Assembly (NCBI RefSeq): GCF_963676685.1
Contig: NC_092346.1
Span: 63,054,001 to 63,118,000 of the forward strand
Reading direction: 5' to 3'
Length of the DNA stretch: 64,000 bases
Source: Mytilus edulis
Taxonomy: Eukaryota
Shown: piece by piece, positions 34,206 to 47,568 of the stretch
How positions within the stretch are numbered: the first letter of the stretch is position 1
Layout: each line of letters starts with the position of its first letter
Made by a program: the position numbers and the translations under genes
Notes under the pieces: generated by a model
Seen by the model: the letters and a program-made list of their open reading frames with translations, nothing else
Told to the model about the DNA's origin: nothing
Database searches by the model: none

Positions 34206-37200
34206 TCACACAGTTTGATTGATCTCTTGGTTATCACTTGTTTCTTCAGTAGTGTCTAGTTGTGATAACAGTTCTGACGTCACTTCTGTAAACAGTCTAT
34301 CCCAGTCCCAAGGCTTGTCCTCCTACAAGGAAAATTGTATATATAGGTACAGTTAAACAGTACTATTAAAATGCAATTTTTATGTAACAACTTTTTTCAA
34401 TGGTCCAAATTTACTGTCAAATCAACAATTGATATATTGTAACTGATGATTGAGCTGCCATATTAAATTGCTGGAATCCTATAAATGTTAGATTAAAACA
34501 ATAGAAAAGAAAATAAGTAGTGCTTATGCCTCATCTATAAAACTGTTTTGTTAGAGCCAATTTCCCCATTGATGCTGGGATTTCTTCAACTACAGTTCTT
34601 ATATGCCTTAAATATATAATTGTTTCATTCAATCTTTTTTTTATTCATTTGTCAAGGCCATTCCATTAACATCATAAAAAATTAAAATTATATTGCTGCA
34701 TTTGTTTGTTGAAGGGTGTTTTTTCCATTTTTTAAGCAAAGTATTGAGTGACTATTTTTCTGTTCAAGTTTTCATTATACCTAGTAACATGATCTCATTT
34801 CTGCCTGCAAGACAAAAAGTCATTGTACTGGAAAATTGCTGCTCATGCCGGCCCAAATGTCCAGTTATCAGGATAGATTAATCAGTAACAGTCATGTCTG
34901 ATATAACTTTATATGGAAAAAATTAAGTGTGTGTAGGGAATTTTAGATATACTCACCTCTATTAAATCTGCTTCTGTAGATAAATTCTTAGTCAGTAACT
35001 TAAGATCTATATCATTATCCTGAAAAATAACAATTAGGTATTTATCTTAATTTTCATACAGCTACATGCAAATTCTATTAAATGAGATCCAATATTTTTT
35101 TTAAAAGAGAAACTGTTTAATTTTCAATCGCAAGCATTGCCTAGCATTAATGCCTAATAATGGCATTATATGGTGATGTAGACTATATGTTTTTGAACAA
35201 GAATGTGTCAATAGTACAAGGATACCCCACCTGTGAAATTAGGGTCAAAATTCTAATTTGGCATTTAAATTAGAAAGATCATATCATAGGGAACATGTGT
35301 ACTAAGTTTCAAGTTGATTGGACTTGAACTTCATCAAAAACTACCTTGACCAAAACTTGAAGCGGGACAGGCATACGAATGGATAAACGAACTACAGATG
35401 TACAGACCAAAAAATTAAAATTTGTAATTAGAGGTTTTATACTAGAGTGAATAATACAGGTATTTTCTAGTACTAGAAAAGTAGACTTACTGAGACTAAG
35501 ATAATAAAACATTGTGTATTTTTCACTCTTTGTGTATCTTTTAATTTGACAAGGTAAAATCACAGATGAACTTTACACCAATACTGATACAAGTTGTATA
35601 CAATGCAGAGGCTGCTGAGCCTATACAAATACATGGACAAAATAAAATGTATTTAAAACTATGTTGCAGGGTAAAAATTCTACAAATCATAATAATTATA
35701 CCAGAGTTGTAAAAGCTGCCTGTCTTAAAAGGTCATTATCTAGTTCTCTGTAAGTTGCTACTCTGTTAACTGCAACACTGAAATAAGAGAAAAGGGTTGA
35801 TGACACTAACATGTTATAACCTAATAAAGTTTGATAAAGTTATATACTTACAAGTAACATGTTCTACTATAAACTTATCACAATAATGCAATTAAGTATT
35901 TTACATTTTTTAGAATTGATAGATAATGATTTTGGTGCATCTGAATTGCTTTTCTTGATTGAGGTTCACAGAATCAATCAAAGTTGATAGTTTACATAGT
36001 TTATCTCAGGATATAGAAGTTGACTGTCCTAATAGTGTAAGAGAGGCCCAAAATCTTATTCAAATTGGGATCTGACATTTTTTTTCTTTTCCAGTATTTT
36101 TTTTTAATGTCAAAACAGTTTGAAGGAGGAATGTGAATATTTACATATTTATTTTGAATCTCTGTTAAATCTATCAATGAAGGTTGTTCAATATACTAAG
36201 TTTACTGCAATTTTTCTTATTTTGAGCTGCATTCTAAATAATACACCTGTATCTAATTTATTCCATGTGCTAGGTGCTATCATAGGTTCACTTGCAAAGC
36301 ACTGTAGCAATTTCAAATTAGCTGGTATTTACATTTACAATGGCAATAATGGTAAGTTCTTTTTTTTATCTTTATATGAACTGTGCCTTATAGAAATCAT
36401 CTTTTCTCAGCTATACATGTTGCCAGTACATTATCTTGTTAACAGGTATATACAATTGTCAGTTTTTTCTCAAAAATTTTATTTTGTAGCTCATGCATCA
36501 GATAATGGCCAACTCAAATATTAAACTGCTTGCTCACTCATGTTATATAACTGCGTTATATAGTATACCAGACAAACGAGAAAACATGTTCTTACTTTGG
36601 AGCTATAGCTACTTTAACTGTCATATCATCATCTTGTTGTTCTTCTAGATCTGGTATAACAGGTATATCTAAAAAAAAAGACAGATATTGTCTGAAGAAA
36701 ACTGATCATACTTATTCCCAAACATTGTTTTTATGAAATGGAGTGTATTAGATACGGTTTAGAAAATTAATCAAGCATGTTAGTGAGAATTGTATGTTTC
36801 ATGAGACAATTTATCAATAATATTGCCCTATCTTTTCATTCAAGTTACAAATCTCAGTATTTCTTAAACTTTCAAAGTATTTTTTAAAACTGAACATGTA
36901 AACTTATAATCATACCTGTATCAGATTCATTATCATCTTCAGGAGTTCTAGGTCTTAATCTCTCACTGAAAATATAAAATTATTCTGCAACTAAAAAACT
37001 AACCATGGCTTTCTTTTTTATCTGATATAGTATCAACAATCCTGGGTTATAAAGGTACATGTTGATAATTATAATTATGAAATTCATGTATTCAATGTTT
37101 TCTTTTTAATTCATGTAATAACCATCTTGTATCTTAAACTGCTCTTTTGATGTTATATTGCAATGTTACATAAAAAAAAAACCAGCATTAAAATAATACA

Positions 37201-40200
37201 ACTTGGTTCATTAAACTTAAGTAGCATTAAATTAATAAAATTATGATTTTAAATTAGATAAAAACACAAAACAAACTGGGTAAAAATGGTGGCAAAAGGG
37301 TCAAACAGGAATCACGCTCGGTATTTAAATAAATCACACAACAAAATAAGGTGCATTTCTTATTAAATAAATGAAATAAAATATACACAAAAAAGGAAGC
37401 AAATAATTCTTATTTTAATCATAAATAATTGAGTTAAATGTGTATCTAAAGGTTTCTTTTATTCCTTAATTCCACATAAATAAAATTGTCTGAGCATGTA
37501 TTGCTGACCTCAATCTTTGAAAAATATTGATTCAATGTTTATGTATGAAAACGGATCTTGTTTTCTTTTTAAATAAAACTTTTTCAGAGCTGATCATATG
37601 AATGACATATATGCATTATAACTTTCAATTTTTTTATTCATTGCTTGAAAAAAATACAGCAAATGTCAAGTCAGTTGTTAAATGAGATAATATGGCTTGA
37701 ATTTAATAGAGACACCCCTACAGATTGTCAAAACTTGGTGGGTGGTTTAAAATTACACCTTATAAATATATATCAAATTCAAATTACTACTGCCATGTAA
37801 ACTATTAATTGGGAGTAGAAACCATTTTAGATGACAATTACTAAGCATGTACATTTAAAAATGTAAATTCTGATGGGCCAGCAGACAAGTCTTGGTGACA
37901 ATGAAGGTATTTGAAGATCTTGAAGATTCCTTTGTGGTTTCAGATGAAGGCTATCCATAAAATAATAGATGAAGGATGCCAAGTGACAACAACAGCTCAC
38001 ATGGGCTCAGTTTAAGACTAAGTGAGGTTAATACAAATGATTTTATGTTTTTAAGCATCAAAATTAATCTAGATACCTCTTCACCATACAAATCTATTGA
38101 GGCTATGATTAAAAATAAACTAAATAATTTATATAATTGGTGTTCTGTGTCCAATGAAAAAGTTCTACTTAGAACTAATGAATTAGACTTAATTTAAAAT
38201 ATTCTATTAAGACTTCTAATACATCACCATATTCTTTAAGCAAAAGAGCTGTAAAATCTAGTTTATTAAGTTACCAAAATCCCCATTATCAAAATTTTCT
38301 ATTTCGGTATAGAATTGTTCCCATTACAATATGTAGCCTTATTGCATGACAATTGTCCACATCACTTTTTACACAATTAACATTGCTTCTTTTCATTAAT
38401 CAATTTGTTATACTGAACTCCCACCTTTACTCAAATTCATTTCAATAATAAAGATGGACAATGTTCATGTAATGGAATAAAATACTCCCATATTGAAAAC
38501 TATGATATATAAGTTCAAAAATCCAAAATATTAAGTCAGGTGCTCTCGGTGAACTGTGTTGATAGAAAGGTTATTAAAAGTTACGACAAATAACTTGTAA
38601 AAGTTTACCCAACAATATCGTCAATATCTGCTAGTACATCACTGAGGAGAAAATAAAATCAATTAATGAACTTAAATAAACAAAATATTTAAGGTGATAA
38701 ATTAAAATTTGAAAAAAAAATTGAGCAAAACACCTGAAAATTTGCCTCCTGAGACATATTTCCACATTTCTAGACAATGGTGAATATTAAAGATGTCTGT
38801 TTCGACAAAGTTACCAATATGTCAGGTTATGTAATATTTAATTCTAATTTATTCAGCATACAAAACATGAATCCTGTAATTTGTACAGTTTTTAGCATTC
38901 AAACACCTGTACAAGACCTGGTGGTGGACATCTAGTGGAACTCACCTTAAGACATTTTATGCAAGACTAAAATACTCACTGCTAAATAGCAGAAACAGAT
39001 CTTCCACTATAAAATGTATTATTAAAGTCCTTTTTATCATGCAGAAAATTATTCATTGACAATGAATATAAATCAAAATTATATTTACAGTAAAAATTCA
39101 TGTATTTACACATTTTTTTTCAATCTTTGATTCAAACTTGCGCGCGCCCAAGTGCAAAAGGTACCATGCAGAGAATTATAAAGAGAGAAAATGTTGGTTG
39201 AAAGATGTTATCATGTGTTGGCTGTCTCATTCTTATTTACCAATAGAGGGTGCAATTATTTGATAACCTGTTAAAAGTAATCATGCTTTTTTTTTTAAAC
39301 AAATATTAAATTCATAAAGAACATTAAAAAATATAGACCAATCTTGGATGATGTCATTTTGGTAAAAATATTATTCAAATAAATAAATAGCTTAATCGAA
39401 TTCAAATTTTGTCAGATCTAATGTATTTGTACAATTTCCATCCTGGCAACAGCTATATAAGTGAAATCTCATAATATTTAAAATCTGTTATAATTATATT
39501 TGACAAAAAAATCAGACAGCAGTATTTTTCAAAAATTTCAAGGGGTTTCTAGAACTTTTTGATACTTTCAAAATTTTTTGTTTACATTTTTTTCAAATAA
39601 ATTTGAAGCTTTGCAAAATTTTTAAGAATAATATAAAATATATAACTCTATACATGTATGATTTATAGTACAAAACATAAAAAAATAAAATAAATAAAAG
39701 TTAAATATTTCAATATAGCTTGTTAGCTATTGACACCTGGACAACCATAAGCATAGAAAGCAACCATTCACCAATATATATAGTTATTAAATTTATTTAA
39801 AAAAAGTAGTTTTTTCTTCTCTATCTATTGTATCTTATGTCTTATGTTAAATATAAAATGATAAGTGGTTATCATTTGTTGATGTGGTTCATAAGTGTTT
39901 CTTGTTTCTCGTTTGTTATATAGATTGTTTTTCCTGTTTGAATTGTTTTACACTTGTCATTGTGGGGCCCTTTATAGCTCACTGTTTGGTGCGCCTCCAA
40001 GGTCCTGTGTTAAAGGCCGTACTTCGATCTATAATTGTTTACTTTTTACACATTGTGACTGGGATGGAGAGTTGTCTCATTGGCACTCATACCACATCTT
40101 CTTATTTCTGTATGCTGTCTAGTAACTCTAGTTCTGTATTTCCTCATACAATCTACCTGCACTATCAATTAAATAGCTGTTACAAACTGGAACAATTTAA

Positions 40201-43200
40201 GGCATTGAATTTAAGACTGTTTTACCATGAATTCTCCTGACTTTGTCATTTGCATGCAATTTTCAAGATTTTTTGTCCAATTTGCAAAGTAATTTTTACT
40301 AAAACATCATGTTAAAGACTAATTTTGCTTCCATGCAAGAGCTGTATGCCAATTCCAGAGAGACATTTCCAGAATCTTGATAGAGAAAAGTTTAATCAAA
40401 CTCTGCTAGTCTGACCTCAAATATTCAATAGAACAACTTGTATTGATCTAAAAGTAAAGATTTATGTTTTTTTGCAAACTTTATCTTTTTAAAGTTCTTC
40501 CCATATCTTCTTATCTAGTTGTGAATTTAGACTTTCTTTTCTCACTCATCACAAAACTATATTATAATTCTTCACTGGACAAGAGAAATGTAGAACTGAA
40601 TCAATTGTTGACGAATATGTAATTCATTTTTTAAATGTATTTTGTACCATTAATGATTTTAACTAAAATAAGTATGATGTTAAGTTTTAAACTCTTATTC
40701 TAGATATTGAGATATTTGAGTTCAAAGTTGCTGAGTTTGACTGTAAATGAAGCAGATGGTTGACTAGATATATGTGAACATGCAGCTTACTTCTTGCTGC
40801 TGAAAAGATCAAAAACATAATTCTAGAAAATTAGTGGAAACAAAACTTAAAGTATAAGGGTGAATACACTATAGTGTTATACAATCATACACAAAGAATA
40901 AATCATAGTGGCTTTAATATAATATATATACATGTACTATGATATGTTGTACATTTGTACATTTATATTTTAATAAGTCTTTCTACATTACAACCTTGAA
41001 CATTGACATGATTGACGGAGCAAACTATTGATCTGACTAGCAGTGCAGTACAACTGTATTATGTAGTTAAAAAAGAGAAGAATTTTTAACTTTAATTCTC
41101 TTGAGCTGAATTAAGTTTAGCTAAATTAAAGCTGGCATAATCATTCAGTGTACAAAAAAAGTTCTGCAGTAGTAGCTGTGTTTGATACTTGTTGCATGTA
41201 GTATCAGTATCCTAAATCTGAATTGTCTTTAAAATATTGGAGGCATTAAAATAAGGAGCTAGTATAGTAAAATAATCTTTATCATTGAAATTTGATGTCC
41301 ATTTATTCTGTGAACAGATTCTGAGAGTTTTTTCATTTTGATTTGCTAAGGCAATTTTTGTATTATTTTTTAATTTTGTTAGTGCCTGTAGTGTGTTAAA
41401 TTACAAATCACTAATCAGGCTATAGGTATCATCAGATTTATTTCTGGAATAAGTACTTTCTATCATAAAAAAAAAAACGTATTCAAAATGGTATTCAAGA
41501 CATTTCTTGAAAATTAAACAAAACAAGTTCATCTTGATATTTGACTTTGTAAAATGTCACAAAGGTTGCTATTTGCCACTAAATATATGTAATTTATTAA
41601 GTCAAAGCAAACACTAAACATTCAAAATATCATCAATCTGTTTATATAACTGTATATCAACAAAAGTATTTGAAAAAAAAACTGATTTTATCAAACAGTA
41701 AATGTTATCACAAGTAGCATATATCAGTATATATTATACATATCACTTTCACAATTTTGCCTTATTCCAACAAATGAAATACTCATATTCCATCAAATAC
41801 ACTTTAAATGGAATTTAACTAAAATTCACCTAGATTTAAAGAATTTCAGACTAGTGTTTGAGGTAAATTTCTTTCAAATACGCTTGTTCTTTAACAAATA
41901 TGGTCAGACATACATCTAAATGAAAATGCACTCATCTACTAATATCAAAACTACACATATGTTTACTTTTATTTGATCATGGTGCAAATGAACATATTTT
42001 GATGAAATGATTCTGACTTGTATATTAAGTAAACAATTTAACAACACTTACTCCTCAAAGTTTTCAAATCCTTCACCAAGTTTCCGACTGAAAAATGAAG
42101 AGAGAAATTAATGTGTTGCATTCTACAAATTATTTTAAATGAAAAACAAGCAATGTTTATGTATATGAAGCTAGTGAGTAAATATATAAGATGGCCTAAT
42201 GATAAGACCTAAAATGTATCAGTGGCTCAAATATTTTTTGGAAGCTCTGCCCTTATGGTATTCATATTTAAGTCTTTTTTGTACATGTAAGTTTGCTGCC
42301 TCAAGTACTAATGTTATATTTTCTTCTTATCCTACAATCAGTATTTCTACAAACAAATACAAGTGCACAAATAATTAATATCATATTTGTATACGTTTTT
42401 AATGCTGCTTTTAATAGCACATGGTTATATTATATTCAAAGACAGTTTCATTTTAGTGTCATTACTGGGGTCTTGTTATTGAATTGTCAAAAATATGATA
42501 CTCCTTTATGCTCACTAAGTACTAGGTGAAAAGTTCACGAAGCCTTTGCATTTTCTCCTCTCTCTTAAGTTTATGCAATTTAATATTTGCATTTTCAATC
42601 ATTGTAGCTGATTACATTCAATTTAAGGCGTTAATGCTTTATATTGCTTACCTTTTACGAGGATTATCTTCACCCCATCCAGACACTCTTGAGGGCTTCG
42701 GCGGCTCATCCTGAAATATTAACAGATCTTTAAAATGGATAAGATTATTCTTTTTTGGTAGCATATATATACAATAATTGTTTCTGAACTTGTGCTAAAT
42801 ATTAAAACACTTACATGACTTAAAGAAATCTACAAATGTATCTTGTTTCCTAAATTTGTATATAAAACCATTCAAGAGAGTAGAAAGTATCTTTGACTTG
42901 TAAAATAATGATGATATTCAAATTATATATTCTTACTAAATTCAGGTTGCTTATAATTATGGCATGTTATAACAAGAATATGTGCCCATAGGACACTATG
43001 CACAGCTGGAGTGGCAATATCAGACAGGCACACACTTTTTTTAGATTAAGGTGTTACATGTCAACATCATTTTCAATATTTCATACATAGTAATTTGATT
43101 CAAATACAAATCTGGAGTCAATTTTTGACTTTTGATGATTTGTTAGTACTTGATTTTACCTTCTGTTTTGATAATCATTAAATCTACCAATGTTATTCAC

Positions 43201-44801
43201 GATATAATATGTTTAAATATGTAACATGAGTGTCAGCTGAGCTTTGTCATATACATATATTAGTAGTAAAACATGAACACAGGATCTTCATTTCAATGTG
43301 ACTGATAGTTATATAAATCCTTATTTTATATATGTAAATTCATTAATGTTTTGTTTTGGGGTAATTCATGTATAAAATGTGACATTTTTTTCTTTTAATG
43401 TCAAAATGTTGTCTGACTATAAAGAAAACCTACAGGTTCTTGTCTTCCAGCCGGCTGTCTTGACTTTGGTGCCTTTGGTGAGTTTTCTACGCTAGCTTCA
43501 AAATCAGGAGCATCTGGTGGATTTGCTGTTTTCTGTTGGGCTCTTCTCCCTGTTTTAGCAGTACCCTATAATCAAAATAAAATGATAAGACACATACATG
43601 ACAGTAGTAATGGGGGTACCTTCATGATAAATAGTGGTAAAAGTTCTTTGGTGCATGACGATAAAATGTACACTTTTTTTGTAGACAAAATAAAAATCAA
43701 CTAATTTTGACTTACAAATGTATCACATTCATTTTTTCCAAAATTGACACAAAAGATTATTATTTTTAACCTCTAACAAATTTTGATAGGGAAATTTTGA
43801 CAAGTCAAGGTAAAACTTTAACCAATTTGATGCTAACGGTAGCTGCAAATGGTTGTTTGACGCCTGGCATTTCTAACGTGACGGTACCCAAATTGCACCT
43901 ATTTTGACAGTTTTTTCACCTACGTTGTTTTATGATCAAGAAAAAAATGTCCATACTGGGTTTATTTTGTAGCCTTATCCTTCTTTATTGTATAGGTACA
44001 CCATTTTGATTTTTAATCCATATTGAGTCATAAAAAAATGGGTTTGAATCAACCTCCAAACTATCCATGATTCTGTAATGAGGAGTACCCAAATTGCATC
44101 CATGCTTAAATTCACATCGTCAAAAGTCTAATAACCGAGCTTTTGTTTAATTTCTTCAAATATTTTGAACAATTGGATATTCGTCCATGCTTACTCCTCA
44201 TATTTTACGAAATGGATACTTATAATATATTGTATTTGCTAATTTTAAAAAGATGACGTTTTGATGACGTCGCATGGTGACGTTTTCGTACATTTTGCTT
44301 TTTCAGTAAACAGTCCATCTGTTGATAAAGACTGTGAACGTTTTGTGTATATCTAAATATGTTTACCTATGTTGAAAGACGTGCATAGTATCGAATCATA
44401 AAAATACAAATTGTTTAGTCTCTAGGAAATCTTGTAAGATTTCCGTTGCAATTTTTTCTAAATAGGTGCAATTTGGGTACTCGGTGCAATTTGGGTACCC
44501 TTTCGTTACCCTCTATAGCTACATTGTAATAAAAAGGGGGCAAGGAGTATCTTGGTTTCTAACCTTCCCCCTTTCCTACTTTTTTTCCCTCTCCCTACTC
44601 TCAATTCCTTCTACTTTTACCTAAAGCCAAAATTCTAACTAAAAAAAACCTCACAGAAATGTATCAAACATGTCAAAGATATTTTTATAAATTCATGATT
44701 AGGTTATAATTTTTACGTGTAGGAAACAGTTTTTTTTGACAGGTATAACCTAAATTTACCTTAGCATTCTTTGATTCGCCAAAATCAAAATCATCTGCCA
44801 T
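34206..44801 (-). CDS. IFT43: Intraflagellar transport protein 43 (IFT-A subunit), ~229 aa with both small exons
   Basis: Exons on -: 44801-44760, 43565-43434, 42710-42652, 42087-42052, [40799-40791], [38641-38609], 36965-36916, 36668-36596, 35777-35702, 35019-34957, 34322-34206. Conserved IFT43 C-terminal blocks: DIPVIPDLEE, VNRVATYRELDNDL, DNDIDLKLLTKNL, EDKPWDWDRLFTEVTSEL. The bracketed exons are frame-neutral candidates. Confidence 0.93.
35196..35412 (-). mobile_element. Short Helentron-type element in an IFT43 intron
   Basis: AACAAGAATGTGTC...CATGTGTACTAAGTTTCAAGTTGATTGGAC followed by a GACA/ACGA-type microsatellite remnant; reverse of the architecture seen at 31878-32652. Confidence 0.55.
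43876..44506. mobile_element. MITE with TA TSD in IFT43 intron 1
   Basis: TA|ACGTGACGGTACCCAAATTGCACCTATT ... AATAGGTGCAATTTGGGTACTCGGTGCAATTTGGGTACCCTTTCGT|TA. The GTACCCAAATTGCA motif also recurs internally at ~44085. Confidence 0.8.
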
Positions 44802-47368
44802 TTCTATCAGTTGTAATTTAAGTGATCAACTGAGCAATTTACAAATATTACTGCTGTCATGGAATGTGTTTATCTAAGGGAGAAAACTTAGGTTGAGAAA
44901 AGTAATTTCAAGTCGATGACGGTTTGTCTCCGGAAAATATCTTACTGTGTCATAGATGATAGATATTTATAGTTTACCTTCAATTTAAAATGTGGGAATA
45001 ATAAACCTGTGTTGTTTGATACATTTGAAGCAAGAACATTAACGATCCCTGTGTTTAACACTTTAGCTGCGCTTTCCATAATAAGGCTATCAATCGTTGT
45101 CCTGGAGCATATTTAATCTCCTCATTGTTTCATTCCTTAATATTAATTGTTTCATATAAAGTGTGCACATGTTTAGTACATTTGTTTTAAATGTCATGAA
45201 TAGTTTTGTTCTTATTTAAGTATGATAACACATGTGATCAATAATATAAGTGTGCTTAGTAGATAAAGTTTAAAGTAACAATATATCAGGTGCTTATATA
45301 TATATTAATTTATTGCAGCCATAATACAGCCACAATACTCATTGACAAAATATTGGAAAGGGCTTATCATCGGGTAGAACATGGGAATTTCCCTAGGAAC
45401 TTGTTTATCTAGTATTACAAATGGGTTACAAATGATACTTCTAGATATTCACTCGGGACAAATGTCAATGAAACAAACTGAGTCAATGTAACAAAAGCCT
45501 CAGATAGCATACTATGGAAGAATCAGAAATAAAATAAAAAATCACGGGGAAATATTGTTTTACAGAAAAATCTGTTGTTTGTTCATACTATTGACCGCTT
45601 TTCGTCATGATAAGTTTACCGTGCTCAAAGTCAATTACGCCTGGTTCTCACACTAAATTAGTTTCAAACAGGCAACAAAAATCCATACCTCACTGTAACA
45701 TATGATGTATTACTCACATGATAATATTTGATGATGTATAAAGATATCGCTGGTTATTCAAATTGTCCAGTTTATCTAGAACCGTTTGCCTCTTCTGATC
45801 TCACTAAGTACTCGGCGATTATTTGTTCAAATGTCTCCTGTGATAGATTATAAGAGATACTTTAACCATACAAAAATGTGAATAAAAATGTGAATAAAAG
45901 TATGAATTAAGATGAAAATAAAGATATGATTAAATCCAGGATCCTCAACTATTAATTCTCTAAAATTACGGTAACATTAAGATTCGCGTAGTGGAATAGA
46001 CATTTCTCAATTGTGGAAGACGAAATTTTGCCTTTTCACTTTGTGTTAGTTTCAGTTTAAACATATTTTAGATTGTTTAAAAATGACAATTTTACAAATG
46101 TGTTAGTGTTTGGTCTCAGTTACTTATATCCTCATTTTTATCCCATATAACACACATGTAATATATTATTAATGTTCTTCATTTGAAGTATCAATTCTAC
46201 TCTTTTTTTTTGATTTTTTTTTGTTTCAATTCTTATTCTTCATTCATCTTCAGAAGTTTACAATGTTAAGACTATATATACTTAAAAACTGCAAATCACT
46301 TTGCATGTGATTAATCATTTAATTCTTTTATAATCTCAATCCACTTCAGGAAATGCTCATGCAGCGGTGTTAGACATCATCATCGATCAGTGTGCCATTT
46401 CAGATCCTGCATGACCGTATGGCCAAAATTATTGAAAAAATATTGGAGTATTTGGTTGATATTGAGACAGGAATGAAAACAATCTATATTTATTAGTACT
46501 CAAAATTATATTTGAATGTCATCGACCATTGTATAGAATGACAATGCATAATATATCAGAGCATGTAATAACCATATTTGTGAAGTACATTGTACCATCA
46601 ACAACGTATAGAATGATATAACATACCTAGTGTTATAATTACCTCCTCTGAGCTTAAAACTTTACGTTATCTAATATGAATATATGCCAATCATAAATAA
46701 GCCATATAAGGTATATATTGTGTGAAGAAAAATACAATTACGTAACAGTTCAAAATTTATGATGACAACTCAATGATATGACAGACATTTCAAAATTTTG
46801 TAAAACAATTGTTCCCAAATATATTCTCTCCTAAACAGACGAATACATTAAAATACATTTCATTAATCTAAACCGCATTAACTTTATTTCAATGATCATA
46901 TTTTGTTTGAGAATTATTTCTAAAATGGAATTTAACTTTAATCTGAATTCATTGTAGTTTTGGCAGCTTTAAACCTAGATGAAGCACAGACCAGATTAGC
47001 CATTGAATTAACGTTTTTCTCACTGTATGAGTATGATAAACATGCTAATAAAGAAAAGGGTTAAATAATTTAACCTTATTATCAAATATCATATGTTTTT
47101 GTGCTCAATTGTAAAATATCCCAAATGTTATCAAACTTGCTTTGTATTAACTATTGACTTTGTCTGGTGGAACCGTATCGGACTTTTAAATTTTATACTA
47201 ATATACAAAATTAAAAATCAGTAACTAAATGTTAACAGACTTAATGAAATATTTTCTTAATTTATGAAGTGCACCGTTAGAGCATAAAGAAACCGAAGGG
47301 ATCACACGTCTACTTAATTCAATCAAAAGTATCGTATTAATTGCATTATTCGGGTGGATTAGCGGGTC

Positions 47369-47382
47369 ATCTCCTTGGCGAC
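47369..47382 (+). promoter_or_regulatory. Candidate RFX X-box ~190 bp upstream of the TEX45-like ATG
   Basis: ATCTCCTTGGCGAC fits the degenerate X-box RYYNYYWWRRNRAC at all 14 positions, upstream of a probable ciliary gene. Confidence 0.45.
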
Positions 47383-47568
47383 CGAAGACAATAGTATTAA
47401 TTCGAAATTGGATCATTATGTCTTTGTTATTAAATTATTAAGTATGTAACAGGTGAAAATATAATCCCAATAAAATAAAGAAAAACAAACCAACATTACC
47501 GATGATGTTGTCAGATTAGGATATTGTAATCTACATTTGGGATAGTAAAGAATTCGAAACATACCAAA

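Noticed and set aside
38946-38981. Possible extra IFT43 exon (AG...AAG|GTGAGT on -)
   Set aside because: It contains an in-frame TAA in the required phase. It could be a poison exon, but there is no support without transcripts.
36120-40240. 134-aa (36120-36524) and 118-aa (39884-40240) + strand ORFs in IFT43 introns
   Set aside because: Composition is typical of AT-rich non-coding DNA; the second overlaps a SINE-like repeat.
44850-45120. X-box directly upstream of IFT43
   Set aside because: Only weak partial matches (GTCTCCGGAAAA, GTTGTCCTGGAGC); not supportable.
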